Positions 8,166 to 17,925 of a stretch of 64,000 nt of DNA are shown here, piece after piece. A program made the position numbers and the translations under genes. The DNA comes from Bacteroidota bacterium. Lineage in GTDB: Bacteria; Bacteroidota; Bacteroidia; Bacteroidales; WCHB1-69. Location: the NCBI GenBank assembly GCA_023413895.1, contig JAEZOU010000005.1, positions 20,275 through 84,274 of the forward strand, written 5' to 3'. Every line of letters begins with the position of its first letter. Position 1 is the stretch's first letter. Under the pieces are notes generated by a model. The model saw only the letters and a list, made by a program, of their open reading frames with translations. It had not been told where the DNA came from and searched no databases.

Positions 8166-11100
8166 ATGAAATACTATTTAAGATTCCTATTCTTATTAAT
8201 CTTTCTTCTGGGATTGGTTCCAACTTTCTCCCAATCATTTTCTACATTAAGAAAAAAGAAGATTGTTGCCGAAGAGATGATGATTAAGGTAGATTCTTTG
8301 GTAGTGTTGGAGAATAGTTTTGCAATAGATAATCTTAATGATTCTTTATACGATTTTGATTGTATAACTGCAATCCTTACTTTGAAGGATTCTTCCCTCC
8401 TTCATCAATCTTTATCTTGCCGTTATCGAATTTTTAATCCTAAGCTAAAAATATTTAATAGCCATAAGTCAATAAATACTATTCATGCTTATTCAGCTGT
8501 CTATAAACCTAAATTTGTAGAGATTTCTCCCTTTATAGATACAGAAACAGGGTCCTCTGTTATCACTTCCGGTTCTATTTCGCGTGGCTTTTCAGTTGGA
8601 AATAATGTGGATTTCGGACTCTCATCTTCTCTAAATCTGCAATTGTCGGGATTGCTTGCCCCAGATTTGAAAATTACTGCTAATATTACAGATAAAAATG
8701 TGCCAATCCAACCAGAAGGAAATACGCGTACAATACAAGATTTTGATCGCGTATTTATTAATCTTAATTACAAAGATCAATTGATTTTAGATGCTGGAGA
8801 TGTTGTTTTACATAATCCCGAAAACTATTTTCTGAAAATGAATAAAAAGATATTGGGCTTCTCTTTCTCCTCTAATCAAAAGGTTAATAATAAGTTTAAT
8901 TTAAAAAATAGGGTAGGAGGCGGAATCTCTAAAGGAAAGTTTTTTCGTCAAAGGTTAACGGTAGTTAATGGTATTCAAGGCCCGTATCGCTTAACAGGTC
9001 CCTATACGAGTGCGTCTCTTATCATCTTGTCAGGTTCTGAAAAAGTATATGTGGATAATAAACTATTGACACGAGGTGCCGATGCAGATTATGTTATTGA
9101 TTATAACACAGGAGAAATTACTTTTACTCCCAACGTTCTAGTTACAAATGAGAAAGAATTTAATGTGGAGTATGAGTATTCTGATAATGCATACGCACGT
9201 TATTCCCTATTTTCCTTCAATGAGTGGTCTTCCATTGAAAATCCTAAACTGAAATTGTATGCAAACTATTTCAGAGAACAAGATTTGAAAAATCAATCTT
9301 TTTTCCCAGAGCTCTCTAATGAGATGAAACTTTTCCTTTCGCAACTAACCCCTAATGAGCTACCACTTTTTCCTAATGTGGATTCTGTTCCCTATTCCGC
9401 AAATGAAATCCTATACGAGTTAATAGATACTACGATAAATGGACTTACATATTCAATTTATCAATACTCAACTCAGCATTCTGCCCAATTGTTCCGCGTG
9501 GGTTTCCTATATGTCGGGGAAAATAAAGGCGATTACCAATTGGTAAATTCATCTGCTAATGGACGTGTTTTCGTTTGGGTAGCACCCTCAAACGGAATTC
9601 CACAAGGAAGTTATAATCCTGTAATGCTTTTAAATAAACCCATCTCATCTCAAATGGGTGTGGTGGGAATGCAGTATGATTTCGCAAAATATAGCGGACT
9701 CGCCCTAGAAGCAGCGTTATCAGGACATAATGCCAATACCTTTTCTCATTCGAAAGAAAATCGTCAAATTGGGTATGCACTGAAATTTAATTTCTATCAC
9801 AAAAACCCACTAAAAAAAAGATTTGAAAAACAGGTTTGGTGGTTTCATACTCAGTTACAAGGAGAGTTCCTTAATAAAAATTTTTCTCACTTTGAAAGTT
9901 TTCGAAGTGTTGAGTTTTATAAGGATTATAATCTTAATTCAGATTTTGCAGCATCTCACCATGAATTACTAATTAATTATTTGGCAGGATTTCAGAATGA
10001 TAAAGTGGGGAAAACAGAATATAAAGCCAATTATTATTCACGTTTGGGACTCTATCGTGCATTGAAAAATGAACTCAACTCCTCTACTCATGTGAATGGT
10101 TTTCTATTCTCAACAAAAACTTCTCTCCTAAATACGGCTGATTCACTCTATAATACTACTTATATTCGTTCTGTCAACAATTTATCTCAACAGTTTGCAA
10201 GTCTACAGTTGGGTGCGTATGAACGTTTTGAATTGAATCGGTACATAAATGCTCATTCTGATACTTTAATGTCTAATAGTTTTCTATACAATGAAGCTTC
10301 TCTTTTTATTAAAAATGCAGATTCAATAAAAAATCAATTTTACTTGGGATATACACATATCTTACGGAAAAGACCTGAAAATCTACATCTTGCAAAGAAT
10401 GAGTCTTCTCATCAAGCACAACTGCAATTTGATATTTTTAAGGTGATGAATAGTCGATTTAAAGGAATCGTAACTTATCGAAATTCACAAATCCAGGATT
10501 CTTTGGGTGTGATGAATCCTGAAAATTATTTTACCGGAAGTTTAGACTATTCTGGAAGATATCTGAAAAATGCTTTGATTCTTTCTACATATTATGAGGC
10601 AGGAAGTGGAATGGAACAGAAAAAACAATTCTCCTTCATTAAGGTCTTAGATGGACAAGGAACACACGTTTGGAACGACTACAATAATAATGGTGTTGAA
10701 GAAATTAATGAGTTTGAAATTGCTGCATTTCAAGATCTGGCTAATTATGTAAAAGTATGGATTGCCTCTAATGATTTTATTAATACATATAATACTCAAT
10801 TTACTCAAAAAATCCAATTTAGACCCGCTAATTTGTGGAGACATAAAAAAGGATTTCTAAAGTTCCTCTCCCGTTTCTCAGATGTTGCTTCTCTTAGAAT
10901 TGCCCAAAAGAATATAATTCCTACCCTCCTTAAAGCATTAAATCCATTTAATTTTGATATAGAAGATTCTAACGTAGTAAGCAGTAATTTGAACTTTATA
11001 AATACACTTTCTTTTAACCAAAATTCCTCTATCTGGGGGGGCGATTATACATATAAAATCCTCCACAATAAGGTGTTGAATTTTTATGGTTCAGAGGCAA

Positions 11101-11624
11101 GTTCTACAATTTATCATGACCTTCTCTGCCGAGTAAAACCGATTAATCCCCTTTTGTTGAAATTTAATTACATTTACGATTGCTCTAAAAGACTCTCCTC
11201 AACCTTTCAAATCCAAAATTTTACTATTGTATCCCATACGGCAGTGATCTCAATGCTCGTTAATCATTCTAAACCTGTAGATTGGTCTGTACAATATCTA
11301 TTCTCTTGGCAAAAAAATTTGGTAGGTGAGGAAAAAAATCTAAAAAATTCTGTAAGGTTTGATTTGAATTATCGTTTGGCAAGAAAAGGTGTTGTTGGGG
11401 TCCGACTCCAATATCTCAATTTGAATTTTTTAGGAGATGAAAATATGAATGTAGCTTATCAAATGCTAGAAGGTTTTCAAAAGGGACATAACCTCTCTTG
11501 GGGTATAAATATGCAAACTAATTTGTCGGAATTTTTGCAGTTAGAACTTAAATATGAAGGAAGAGTTTCTCAGCATTCAAAAATTATTCATTTGGGAATG
11601 TTGCAAGTAAAAGCTCACTTCTAA
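8166..11624 (+). CDS. Large outer-membrane protein of unknown function (predicted beta-barrel)
   Basis: 1152 aa. It has a signal peptide MKYYLRFLFLLIFLLGLVPTFSQ and no later long hydrophobic helix. The sequence is rich in N/S/Y/F beta-strand-like segments. The C-terminus ...IIHLGMLQVKAHF has an alternating hydrophobic pattern and a terminal Phe, as in OM beta-barrels. Confidence 0.6.
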   Translation: MKYYLRFLFLLIFLLGLVPTFSQSFSTLRKKKIVAEEMMIKVDSLVVLENSFAIDNLNDSLYDFDCITAILTLKDSSLLHQSLSCRYRIFNPKLKIFNSHKSINTIHAYSAVYKPKFVEISPFIDTETGSSVITSGSISRGFSVGNNVDFGLSSSLNLQLSGLLAPDLKITANITDKNVPIQPEGNTRTIQDFDRVFINLNYKDQLILDAGDVVLHNPENYFLKMNKKILGFSFSSNQKVNNKFNLKNRVGGGISKGKFFRQRLTVVNGIQGPYRLTGPYTSASLIILSGSEKVYVDNKLLTRGADADYVIDYNTGEITFTPNVLVTNEKEFNVEYEYSDNAYARYSLFSFNEWSSIENPKLKLYANYFREQDLKNQSFFPELSNEMKLFLSQLTPNELPLFPNVDSVPYSANEILYELIDTTINGLTYSIYQYSTQHSAQLFRVGFLYVGENKGDYQLVNSSANGRVFVWVAPSNGIPQGSYNPVMLLNKPISSQMGVVGMQYDFAKYSGLALEAALSGHNANTFSHSKENRQIGYALKFNFYHKNPLKKRFEKQVWWFHTQLQGEFLNKNFSHFESFRSVEFYKDYNLNSDFAASHHELLINYLAGFQNDKVGKTEYKANYYSRLGLYRALKNELNSSTHVNGFLFSTKTSLLNTADSLYNTTYIRSVNNLSQQFASLQLGAYERFELNRYINAHSDTLMSNSFLYNEASLFIKNADSIKNQFYLGYTHILRKRPENLHLAKNESSHQAQLQFDIFKVMNSRFKGIVTYRNSQIQDSLGVMNPENYFTGSLDYSGRYLKNALILSTYYEAGSGMEQKKQFSFIKVLDGQGTHVWNDYNNNGVEEINEFEIAAFQDLANYVKVWIASNDFINTYNTQFTQKIQFRPANLWRHKKGFLKFLSRFSDVASLRIAQKNIIPTLLKALNPFNFDIEDSNVVSSNLNFINTLSFNQNSSIWGGDYTYKILHNKVLNFYGSEASSTIYHDLLCRVKPINPLLLKFNYIYDCSKRLSSTFQIQNFTIVSHTAVISMLVNHSKPVDWSVQYLFSWQKNLVGEEKNLKNSVRFDLNYRLARKGVVGVRLQYLNLNFLGDENMNVAYQMLEGFQKGHNLSWGINMQTNLSEFLQLELKYEGRVSQHSKIIHLGMLQVKAHF

Positions 11625-11738
11625 TAAATTTAAAATTAGTCTAAATTATATGTTTAAATAATTGTATTTTAGTTGTTTGGATTTTTAATTTTGTTTCTAA
11701 CTGACAAAAAAAAAATGGAAAAACGAACAAAAAAATGA

Positions 11739-11754
11739 TAACAAATTATTGTTA
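11739..11754. promoter_or_regulatory. Inverted repeat TAACAA-ATTA-TTGTTA (candidate operator) in the porP upstream region
   Basis: Perfect 6-4-6 palindrome nested inside GATAA...TTATC (11737..11766). It sits 14-30 nt upstream of the putative -7 box at 11768. Confidence 0.3.
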
Positions 11755-11767
11755 GGAAAATTTATCA

Positions 11768-11775
11768 TATTTTTG
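11768..11775 (+). promoter_or_regulatory. -7 promoter box TATTTTTG, candidate promoter of the porP-gldKLMN operon
   Basis: Exact TAnnTTTG match. It would give a leader of about 150-160 nt before ATG 11935. Confidence 0.35.
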
Positions 11776-11934
11776 AGGCTAAATTTTTTTGGCAATTTTT
11801 TGCGGTTTGTAACATTTGAAAAGAAAATCAGTATAAGGAAAAAGATAGGGAATAAAGACTTTTTTCAATAGTTATAAATTGTTGATTGTCAGTAATGTAG
11901 AAGATAAAAATAAAGTTGAAAAAAATATAAGAGA

Positions 11935-12981
11935 ATGAGAAAAGTATTAGCAGTTTTACTCCTTTTCACATTTAGCTTCTTGAGTGTAAATGCGCAAGAA
12001 GATGCTCAATTTACGTTATTTCCTTGGGCACAGTTGTATTATAACCCTGGTTCTGCAGGTGAACAGCACAATACTTTGTGCTTTACTGCTATGTTCCGCC
12101 AACAATACTTAGGCTATAAGGATGTTTGGGTTCCAGATCAAGTTACTGATGCTACTACTCCCGAAGGTTTGCAAACTTTAAATACAGGAGGACAACAGTT
12201 GATGCTCAATATTGAAACCTATTTACGTAAACTTCATGGTGGTATCGGACTTTCTGTTGTTAAGGATAAAAATGGTATCTTCGATAACATCGGTGTTCGC
12301 CTAGGTTACTCTTACAAAGTAAATCTTCCTGTCGGTCGATTAGGTATCGGTTTTCAAGTTGGATTTTTAAACCAATCTATTGATAAAGAGGTGTATAGAC
12401 CATTGCAGCCAGGTGACCCAATTATTGAATTACTGAAAAATAATGAGTCATTTATGAATCTTGACTTTAATGTTGGTCTATATTATAAAGCTCCTACTTT
12501 CTATGTGGGACTTTCTGCTACCCAATTGGCTACATCTATCAGGTTATCAGGCGATAATACGGTATTGAATCCATCAAGAAACATGTATATTCATGGTGGT
12601 TATATTTGGACTATTCCTTGGGATCCAGCATGGAGTATTGAACCTCAGGCAATGGTGAAAACAAATTTCGCAACTGCACAGTTCGATTTGATGCTTTTAG
12701 CTCGTTACAATGGAATCTTATGGGGCGGTTTATCCTATCGTTTAGATGATGCTGCTTCTATTTTATTTGGTGCTCGCCCATTTTATAATAGCTCTAATGT
12801 GTATATGAAAGGTTTAGATATGGGATTGTCATATAGCTTTACAACCAGTAAATTAGGATATAAGAAACATAGAAGTTTTGGAGATATTGAATTGGTAGTA
12901 CGTTACTGCTTCGATATATACAAACCTGAAGTATTTACAGGTTATGGTTCAACAAGAAATATTTATAAGAATCAATATTAA
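11935..12981 (+). CDS. porP: T9SS membrane protein PorP/SprF family
   Basis: 348 aa. A signal peptide is followed by QEDAQFTLFPWAQLYYNPGSAG (conserved PorP/SprF N-terminal motif), with beta-barrel-like composition. It lies directly upstream of gldK, as porP-porK does in Porphyromonas. Confidence 0.8.
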   Translation: MRKVLAVLLLFTFSFLSVNAQEDAQFTLFPWAQLYYNPGSAGEQHNTLCFTAMFRQQYLGYKDVWVPDQVTDATTPEGLQTLNTGGQQLMLNIETYLRKLHGGIGLSVVKDKNGIFDNIGVRLGYSYKVNLPVGRLGIGFQVGFLNQSIDKEVYRPLQPGDPIIELLKNNESFMNLDFNVGLYYKAPTFYVGLSATQLATSIRLSGDNTVLNPSRNMYIHGGYIWTIPWDPAWSIEPQAMVKTNFATAQFDLMLLARYNGILWGGLSYRLDDAASILFGARPFYNSSNVYMKGLDMGLSYSFTTSKLGYKKHRSFGDIELVVRYCFDIYKPEVFTGYGSTRNIYKNQY

Positions 12982-13028
12982 AATATATTCTGAAAATTAT
13001 CGTTCTTCAATAAAATAAACTGAAAAAC

Positions 13029-14450
13029 ATGAAAAGATTTGCATTATTCTTATGGATCGCTTTAGTCGTTGCATCTTGTGCAAATACTGGCGATGGTCAA
13101 TTGGTAGGTGTTAAAGAGCGCCCAGAATTTTTGGACCTTAATCCTTTTGGTATGGTTTATATCCCTGCTGGACACTACTTGATGGGTGCTGGTGACCAAG
13201 ATGTACCATACGCTTTGACCCACCAATCTAAAAACGTTACAGTTGTAGCGCTTTGGATGGACGAAACAGAAATTACTAACAATGAATATCGCCAATTTGT
13301 TTATTGGGTGCGTGATTCTATTGCCCATTGTTTATTAGGTGATGCCGAAATTACAGATGAGGAAAAATATGGTCACTACCTAAAATATGATAAAAATTCA
13401 GAATATGAAGGCGAAGTAATTGAACCTAAATTAATTAATTGGAAAGAAGAGATTCCTTGGGATTCCCAAAATGAGGAAGTGGTGGCAGCCTTAAGTCCTC
13501 TTTTCAATCAAACAAATACACGTTTCTACCACTATCGTCCTAATGCATTAAATGTAGGTATGCTCAATTATGAGTATTGGACTTACGATTTAAGTAATTT
13601 TAAAGATCCAAAAGATCCAGATAATTACGGTGCTGCTGTAAAAGAGAGCGAAGGTAGCGATTTAGGTGGTCTTTATGCTAATCGTCCAAGCCACTTTAAT
13701 AATGGTTACGAAAGATTCTTCCGTAGAGATGTCGTAAATATTTACCCTGATACATTGTGCTGGAATCATGATTTTACATACTCTATGAATGATCCGATGA
13801 CTTTAAACTATTTCTCTCATCCACAATTTGACCACTATCCCGTAGTTGGTGTAAGTTGGCGTCAAGCTAAAGCATTCTGTTATTGGAGAACACACTTAAG
13901 ACATGCTTATCTTACAGAGAAAGAGTTTGCTAATGAACAAGAGTTTAGACTACCTACTGAAGCTGAATGGGAATGGGCTGCACGTGGTGATATGGATGCT
14001 AACCCTTATCCTTGGGGCGCTTATTATACTCAAAATGCTAATGGTTGTTTCCTCGCTAATTTTAAACCTCAAAGAGGAAATTATATTGCTGACGATAACG
14101 TATATCCTGCTATTGTAGCGCATTACCATCCTAATGATTTCAACCTATTTGATATGGCTGGAAATGTTGCAGAATGGTGTAGTGATGCATTTGATAAATC
14201 ATCAGTTAACTTCACGCACGATTTGAATCCTGCTTACAACTATTATGCAAGCAAGACAGATTCTCGTGAAAAGAAAAGAAAAGTAATTCGTGGTGGATCT
14301 TGGAAAGATATTAGCTACTACAACACTGTATATGCAAAAACTTTCGAATATCAAGATACTTGTAACTCATACGTAGGCTTCAGATGCGTTCAAAGCTATA
14401 TGGGCCGTCAACGTGGTGATTCTCAAAAGCAAGCATCTCACCTATACTAG
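13029..14450 (+). CDS. gldK: T9SS/gliding lipoprotein GldK (PorK)
   Basis: Lipoprotein signal LVVASC. FGE-sulfatase-like motifs MVYIPAGHYLMG, WMDETEITNNEYRQFVYWVRDS and RGGSWKD. Confidence 0.92.
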   Translation: MKRFALFLWIALVVASCANTGDGQLVGVKERPEFLDLNPFGMVYIPAGHYLMGAGDQDVPYALTHQSKNVTVVALWMDETEITNNEYRQFVYWVRDSIAHCLLGDAEITDEEKYGHYLKYDKNSEYEGEVIEPKLINWKEEIPWDSQNEEVVAALSPLFNQTNTRFYHYRPNALNVGMLNYEYWTYDLSNFKDPKDPDNYGAAVKESEGSDLGGLYANRPSHFNNGYERFFRRDVVNIYPDTLCWNHDFTYSMNDPMTLNYFSHPQFDHYPVVGVSWRQAKAFCYWRTHLRHAYLTEKEFANEQEFRLPTEAEWEWAARGDMDANPYPWGAYYTQNANGCFLANFKPQRGNYIADDNVYPAIVAHYHPNDFNLFDMAGNVAEWCSDAFDKSSVNFTHDLNPAYNYYASKTDSREKKRKVIRGGSWKDISYYNTVYAKTFEYQDTCNSYVGFRCVQSYMGRQRGDSQKQASHLY

Positions 14451-14504
14451 AAATCAATAATTAAATCTATAAACAAACAAATCATTAACTAAAAAAAATT
14501 AATT

Positions 14505-15227
14505 ATGGGACTTTACAATTTAGTAAGATCTAAAGGTTACAAAAACTTTATGGCTAAGCTTTACGGAATTGGAGCTGCAGTCGTTATCTTGGGTGCATTA
14601 TTTAAGATTCTTCACCTTCCAGGTGCAAACGCAATGCTTATCGCAGGTATGGGTACAGAAGCTATTATCTTCGTTTTTTCAGCTTTTGAACCACTTCACG
14701 TTGAGTACAATTGGGCATTAGTTTATCCAGAATTGGCAATTGGTAATGAAGAAGAATTAAAACCAGTTACTAAAAAAGCAAAAAAAGAAGCTCCTACAGG
14801 AACTGTTACACAACAACTAGACAAGATGCTTGAGGAAGCTAAAATTGGACCTGAATTAATCGAAAGTTTAGCTACAGGAATGAGAAACCTTAGTGAAAAT
14901 GCCAAAAAAATCTCTGGTACTGCTGATGCTGCAGCTGCAACAGATGGTTATATCGCTAATCTTACTAAAGCTGGCGAAAAGGCAAAAGATCTTTCTGTTC
15001 AATATGAAAAGACAACTAATGCATTGATGAGCCAACAACAAACTTCAGATGTTATTGCATCTAGCACTAAACAAATGGAGCAAACTGTAAAAGCTTATGC
15101 TGAATCATTGAACGCATCTCTTCAAAATACTATGAAGTATCAAGAAGAAGTTAATAAATTGACTCAAAGCGTACAAAAAATCAGCAGTATTTACGGAAAT
15201 ATGTTGGCTGCAATGAGCGGTAAATAA
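14505..15227 (+). CDS. gldL: T9SS/gliding motor protein GldL (PorL)
   Basis: 240 aa. Two N-terminal TM helices (LYGIGAAVVILGALFKILHLPG; MLIAGMGTEAIIFVFSAFEP) are followed by a helical cytoplasmic tail. It sits between gldK and gldM. Confidence 0.9.
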   Translation: MGLYNLVRSKGYKNFMAKLYGIGAAVVILGALFKILHLPGANAMLIAGMGTEAIIFVFSAFEPLHVEYNWALVYPELAIGNEEELKPVTKKAKKEAPTGTVTQQLDKMLEEAKIGPELIESLATGMRNLSENAKKISGTADAAAATDGYIANLTKAGEKAKDLSVQYEKTTNALMSQQQTSDVIASSTKQMEQTVKAYAESLNASLQNTMKYQEEVNKLTQSVQKISSIYGNMLAAMSGK

Positions 15228-15274
15228 TATTTTCTACTTATTCATCTAATTACTAACTAAAAAAATAATACAAT

Positions 15275-16885
15275 ATGGGTGCATCAAATTGTCCGGAAAC
15301 CCCCCGGCAGAAGATGATAGGTATGATGTATTTGGTACTTACCGCTATGTTGGCGTTAAATGTATCCAAAGACATTTTGAATGCCTTTTCTATTATCGAT
15401 GAATCTTTAGCAAGTTCTACAAATATTACTGAAAGAACAATCTCTTCTGATGATAGTTTTTTGTCTAAACAAGAAGCACTTTTAGGAAAAGCAAAGGTCG
15501 AAGGTGCTATTAAAAAAGTTGCGGAAATCAAGACATTGTCTGATAAAATGGTAAAAGAAATTGAAGAGATTCGTAAGGGCTTATTAATAGCTGTAGATGG
15601 GACTGAGAAAAATTCAAAAGGAGAATTAAAAACAGTAGGCGAAATTAATTCTAAAGATGATACCAGTGGACCAACCAACTTTTTAATTAACGAAGGTCGT
15701 GCAAAAAAGCTAAAAGATGCTTTGTTGAAATATCGTAAAGCAATGCTTGACTTAGCAAATGATGGTACAAGAGAGCAACTTAATACAGCAATTGGTCTTC
15801 AAGTTGATGCTGATTATCATAATGCTGAAGGAGCAAAAGAAACATGGGAAGATCACTGCTTCAATGGAACTATTATGGCTGCTAGCGTTACTTTGCTTAA
15901 TAAGTTAGTAGGTGAAGTACGTAATGCTGAGTCACTTCTTATTAAAGATGCTATCGCTGGTATTAATGCAGAAGACTTTAAGTTTAGTAAAGTTGAAGGT
16001 CGTGCAATACCTAAATCACAAATGGTATTCTCTGGTGATGCTTACGAAGCAGATATTATCGTTGCTGCATTTGATGAAAAACAAGCACCTGAAGTTTATT
16101 ACAAAATGAATGTTGATACTTTAACAAGTATTGAAGGTGCAGAAAAATTGGAAGGTGAAAATGGTATTGCTAAGTTGAAAATTCCTACTGGTGGAGCAGG
16201 CGATTTTAAATTTGCAGGTATCATTAGAATCGTCGGCCCAGATGGAACTCAAAAAGAATATGGATTTGCTGACAAATATACAGTACTTCCTCCATCAGCT
16301 ACAGTAGCTGCTGAAAAAATGAATATGTTCTATGCTGGCATTGAAAACCCAGTATCAGTGAACGCTCCTTGTGCTCCTGATAAAATTAATGTTACTATGA
16401 CAGGTGGTGGTACTATCACCAAAACAGGTCCTGGAACCTATAATGTTACAGTTCCTGCTGCATTAAGAGGTAAAACTGTTACCGTTAATGTTTCTGCTGA
16501 CTTAGGTGGAGGTCCAAAACAAATGGGAAGCACAGTGTTCCGTGTAAGAACCGTTCCAGATCCTGATGTTTCTATCGGTGGTACGATTAGAGGTGGTAAA
16601 ATTCCAAAAAGTAGAATCTCCGCAGGCAATGGTTTCGTTGCAGCTAAAATGGATGAGAGTTTTGCTTATGATTTGAAATGGGCTGTTAACTCTTTCCGTG
16701 TTACTTTCGTAACAAAAGGTATTGAAGATGCTCCAATTGCAGTTCAAGGCAACAAATTCACCAATAATATTTTGGATAAAATCAAAAAGTCTCCTAAGGG
16801 TACTGCTGTTTATATCACTGATATTAAAGCGTCATCTCCAGCAGGTCAACGTACTTTGAAGGATATTTCAATCCGTCTAAACTAA
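15275..16885 (+). CDS. gldM: T9SS/gliding protein GldM (PorM)
   Basis: 536 aa. TPRQKMIGMMYLVLTAMLALNVSKDILNAF is the conserved GldM N-terminal TM motif, followed by a long periplasmic region. Confidence 0.92.
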   Translation: MGASNCPETPRQKMIGMMYLVLTAMLALNVSKDILNAFSIIDESLASSTNITERTISSDDSFLSKQEALLGKAKVEGAIKKVAEIKTLSDKMVKEIEEIRKGLLIAVDGTEKNSKGELKTVGEINSKDDTSGPTNFLINEGRAKKLKDALLKYRKAMLDLANDGTREQLNTAIGLQVDADYHNAEGAKETWEDHCFNGTIMAASVTLLNKLVGEVRNAESLLIKDAIAGINAEDFKFSKVEGRAIPKSQMVFSGDAYEADIIVAAFDEKQAPEVYYKMNVDTLTSIEGAEKLEGENGIAKLKIPTGGAGDFKFAGIIRIVGPDGTQKEYGFADKYTVLPPSATVAAEKMNMFYAGIENPVSVNAPCAPDKINVTMTGGGTITKTGPGTYNVTVPAALRGKTVTVNVSADLGGGPKQMGSTVFRVRTVPDPDVSIGGTIRGGKIPKSRISAGNGFVAAKMDESFAYDLKWAVNSFRVTFVTKGIEDAPIAVQGNKFTNNILDKIKKSPKGTAVYITDIKASSPAGQRTLKDISIRLN

Positions 16886-16901
16886 TTAAAAATATATTGT
16901 C

Positions 16902-17834
16902 ATGAAAAAGTTCAGTTTATTATTACTAGCGCTACTTTTCGTTGCTCCTTTCGTTTATGCTCAAGAGGAAGATGAAGGTAGTACAATGGAACAGCCTGTT
17001 CGCCCCCCAGTAGAAACACCGTGGGAACAATTTGATATTGGCTCATTCTCAGAACCTGTTCCATACGTGCAACAACTTCAAAGTGATGTAATGTATTATG
17101 TTACAATTTGGAGAACTATTGATTTGCGTGAAAAAAGAAATCACCCTCTCTATTTCCCAATAGAGACACGTGGAACTTGGCGTAGTTTGGCACAAACGAT
17201 TTTTGATGCCATGGATTATAACAATCTAGAAAACGAAAACGCACTTCCCGTTTATGAGGATGAGTTCTGTAATATGCCTAAACCTCGTGAAAGTGTTCGT
17301 GATGCATTGGTTGAAATTCAAACTCAACCACTTTACGACCCCGAAACGTATGAGGAGATTGGTACAGAAGAGATTCCTATTGAATATTCAGCAAGTCAAG
17401 TAATGTACTACAATATTAAAGAAGTTTGGTTCTTTGATAAAAAACGTTCAGTTATGGAGGTGAGAATCCTTGAGATTGAACCAATGATTGAGTATGTTAA
17501 AACTGTTAACACTGCATATTCAGAGGAAGATACTGGCGATAGTGAAGATCAACCAAGAACGAAAAAACGTGTAGGTTATATTTTGTATGATGAATTAAGA
17601 CCTTATTTGGCAAAGCAAGAGATGTTTAATGTAAAAAATAATGCTCAAAGACTTTCGTTAGATGATGTTCTTACTTGGAAAAGAAATTTTGCAAGTTTCA
17701 TTTATGCAGAACAAAATACTTATAGCGATAGACAAATCCAAGAGTACATTAAAAACTCTCGTGATCAACGTATTGAATCAGAGAAGATTACAGAGAGGAT
17801 TAGGACTTTCGAACACGATTTGTGGGAGTTCTAA
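16902..17834 (+). CDS. gldN: T9SS/gliding periplasmic protein GldN (PorN)
   Basis: 310 aa with a signal peptide and the motif RTIDLREKRNHPLYFP. It is the last gene of the K-L-M-N order. Confidence 0.88.
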   Translation: MKKFSLLLLALLFVAPFVYAQEEDEGSTMEQPVRPPVETPWEQFDIGSFSEPVPYVQQLQSDVMYYVTIWRTIDLREKRNHPLYFPIETRGTWRSLAQTIFDAMDYNNLENENALPVYEDEFCNMPKPRESVRDALVEIQTQPLYDPETYEEIGTEEIPIEYSASQVMYYNIKEVWFFDKKRSVMEVRILEIEPMIEYVKTVNTAYSEEDTGDSEDQPRTKKRVGYILYDELRPYLAKQEMFNVKNNAQRLSLDDVLTWKRNFASFIYAEQNTYSDRQIQEYIKNSRDQRIESEKITERIRTFEHDLWEF

Positions 17835-17855
17835 AATTTTCATGACATAAAAGTA

Positions 17856-17885
17856 AAAAGGGCACTCAAAAGTGCCCTTTTTTTA
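17856..17885 (+). terminator. Rho-independent terminator after gldN
   Basis: GGGCACT-caaa-AGTGCCC stem-loop (17860..17877) followed by an 8-nt T run. Confidence 0.8.
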
Positions 17886-17886
17886 T

Positions 17887-17894
17887 TACTTTTG
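17887..17894 (+). promoter_or_regulatory. -7 promoter box TACTTTTG upstream of leuS
   Basis: Exact TAnnTTTG match directly after the gldN terminator, 32 nt upstream of ATG 17926. Confidence 0.45.
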
Positions 17895-17925
17895 CAAGCG
17901 GTTATTTACACTATATTTTTTCATT

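Noticed and set aside
11035-11041. G7 homopolymer inside the 1152-aa OM protein gene (also A9 at the dapD start and A10 at 11706..11715) as phase-variation tracts
   Set aside because: Seven G residues is below the length usually associated with high-frequency slippage. The frame is intact and there is no population data, so this is noted but not claimed.
17872-17925. N-terminal extensions given by the ORF track for leuS (17872), trpS (24968), anmK (4945), rnfG (35905), rubredoxin (22404), esterase (34848), mreC (46857), ansA (27419), dapD (61941) and the 831-aa ORF (24881)
   Set aside because: The extensions run through terminators or -7 promoter boxes, use TTG, or add residues before the conserved family N-terminus. 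The internal ATG starts fit better.
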